Origin: Polyangiales bacterium
GTDB lineage: Bacteria; Myxococcota_A; Polyangia; Polyangiales; Polyangiaceae
Length of the DNA: 42,868 nt
Assembly: GCA_038231275.1 (NCBI GenBank)
Contig: JBBRLQ010000047.1
Location: 1-42,868 of the forward strand
Direction: 5' to 3'
Numbering within the stretch: position 1 is the first letter of the stretch; each line of letters starts with the position of its first letter. The translations under genes and the position numbers were made by a program. Of this stretch, positions 42,096 to 42,868 are shown piece after piece. The notes under the pieces are model-generated. The model was not told the DNA's origin, made no database searches, and saw only the letters and a list, made by a program, of their open reading frames with translations.

Positions 42096-42123
42096 AGTAT
42101 AGTACTCCCGTTCGCGCCGGCAA
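42096..42123 (-). promoter_or_regulatory. sigma70 promoter of the two-gene cassette
   Basis: Minus strand TTGCCG-16 bp-TATACT about 80 nt upstream of the ATG at 42018. Confidence 0.55.
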
Positions 42124-42297
42124 GGGCAGCGCACGACCAGAGGAGGCGGGAATCGCTCTGGTGGAACACATTTTCGAGAGTCTCTACAGTGGCTGAACAC
42201 TGCGCGACCGAGATGCTCGCCACCCGGGGGGGAAAACCGTCGCTCCCGTCCCGTCGACGAAGGACGACTCCGGGCCGCATGTGACTGGATGTGCCGG

Positions 42298-42867
42298 CTA
42301 GCGCACGAACTTGAACGGGATCTGGGCCTGGCTCGTCGCCCCGGTCGCGGGGAACTGCCAGCCGCGCACAGCGTCTTCGACGCACTTGGCGATCGTCGGA
42401 TCGCTCCCGCTCGCGCTCGCGTTCTGCACTTGCCCGTTGCCGCCGATTGTGGCGTTCACACTGACCTGAACAGTGCCCGTGTTGTCTGTCGCGATGCGCT
42501 CGAAGCACGTCCGCTTCAACCCCGACTGATGCGCCCGAACGACGCTCTCGATCTGGTCGGACGTGAGCTGGCTTCCACCGGCGGCGGCCGGATTGCCTGG
42601 GACGAAGTTCATCGGGACCGTCGCGTCGACGCAGCCGCCTGCCGGTGCAGGAAGGACGCCCGTCTGCATGAACTTGTTCGCAACACATTGGGCGACGTCG
42701 GACGAGCCCATGTCGTTCCTTGCGACAGACGCCGAGCAGACCTGTCCGTTCGACGCGACGCGCACGCTGATGGTGACATTGCCTTTGAGCGTCGGGTCGG
42801 TCGCGAGCGCTGCGTCGTAGCAGGAGTGAGACTGCTTGGCGCGGAACGCGAGCGCGCTCTCTAGGTC
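42298..42867 (-). CDS. Protein with tandem AgmX/PglI C-terminal (TonB-C-like) domains; 5' end outside the window
   Basis: SCYDAALATDPTLKGNVTISVRVASNGQV...VAQCV and QIESVV...TCFE...IGGNGQV...IAKCV...WQFP...IPFKF; the frame is open to the window edge. Confidence 0.8.
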   Translation of the reverse strand, partial: DLESALAFRAKQSHSCYDAALATDPTLKGNVTISVRVASNGQVCSASVARNDMGSSDVAQCVANKFMQTGVLPAPAGGCVDATVPMNFVPGNPAAAGGSQLTSDQIESVVRAHQSGLKRTCFERIATDNTGTVQVSVNATIGGNGQVQNASASGSDPTIAKCVEDAVRGWQFPATGATSQAQIPFKFVR

Positions 42868-42868
42868 A

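Larger units (their letters stand above)
40297..42868. mobile_element. Probable left part of a genomic island inserted at tRNA-Arg
   Basis: Starts at the tRNA break; visibly more A/T-ending codons; accessory-type cargo. No integrase in the window. Confidence 0.6.

Overview
High-GC chromosomal window from a myxobacterium, most likely Polyangiales (Sorangium/Labilithrix-like), judged from the 16S V1 region and gene repertoire. It opens with the 5' end of a minus-strand 16S rRNA gene preceded by three tandem sigma70 promoters with DnaA boxes between them. Mostly core genes follow (ttcA, pepA, ftsK, rph-rdgB, an Fo-only atpZ/atpI/atpB/atpE cluster, a UbiB kinase, an L,D-transpeptidase, a GT2 mannosyl-phospho-polyprenol synthase). 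These are mixed with myxobacterial signalling and surface genes: a Ser/Thr kinase, two orphan histidine kinases, PilZ-like, RHH-FHA, cNMP and roadblock proteins, Cys-rich lipoproteins and a PHM/DBH-type copper monooxygenase. The most unusual part is the right end. A tRNA-Arg(UCG) gene with an intact promoter stops right after its anticodon loop at a 12-bp palindrome, and its 3' half is absent from the window. It is followed by a long hairpin and less GC-rich DNA carrying a translationally coupled DUF6978-like + DUF1828-like pair with its own promoter (candidate uncharacterised defence or toxin-antitoxin module) and a tandem AgmX/PglI-C domain gene. All family assignments come from motif recognition by eye; no searches were run.
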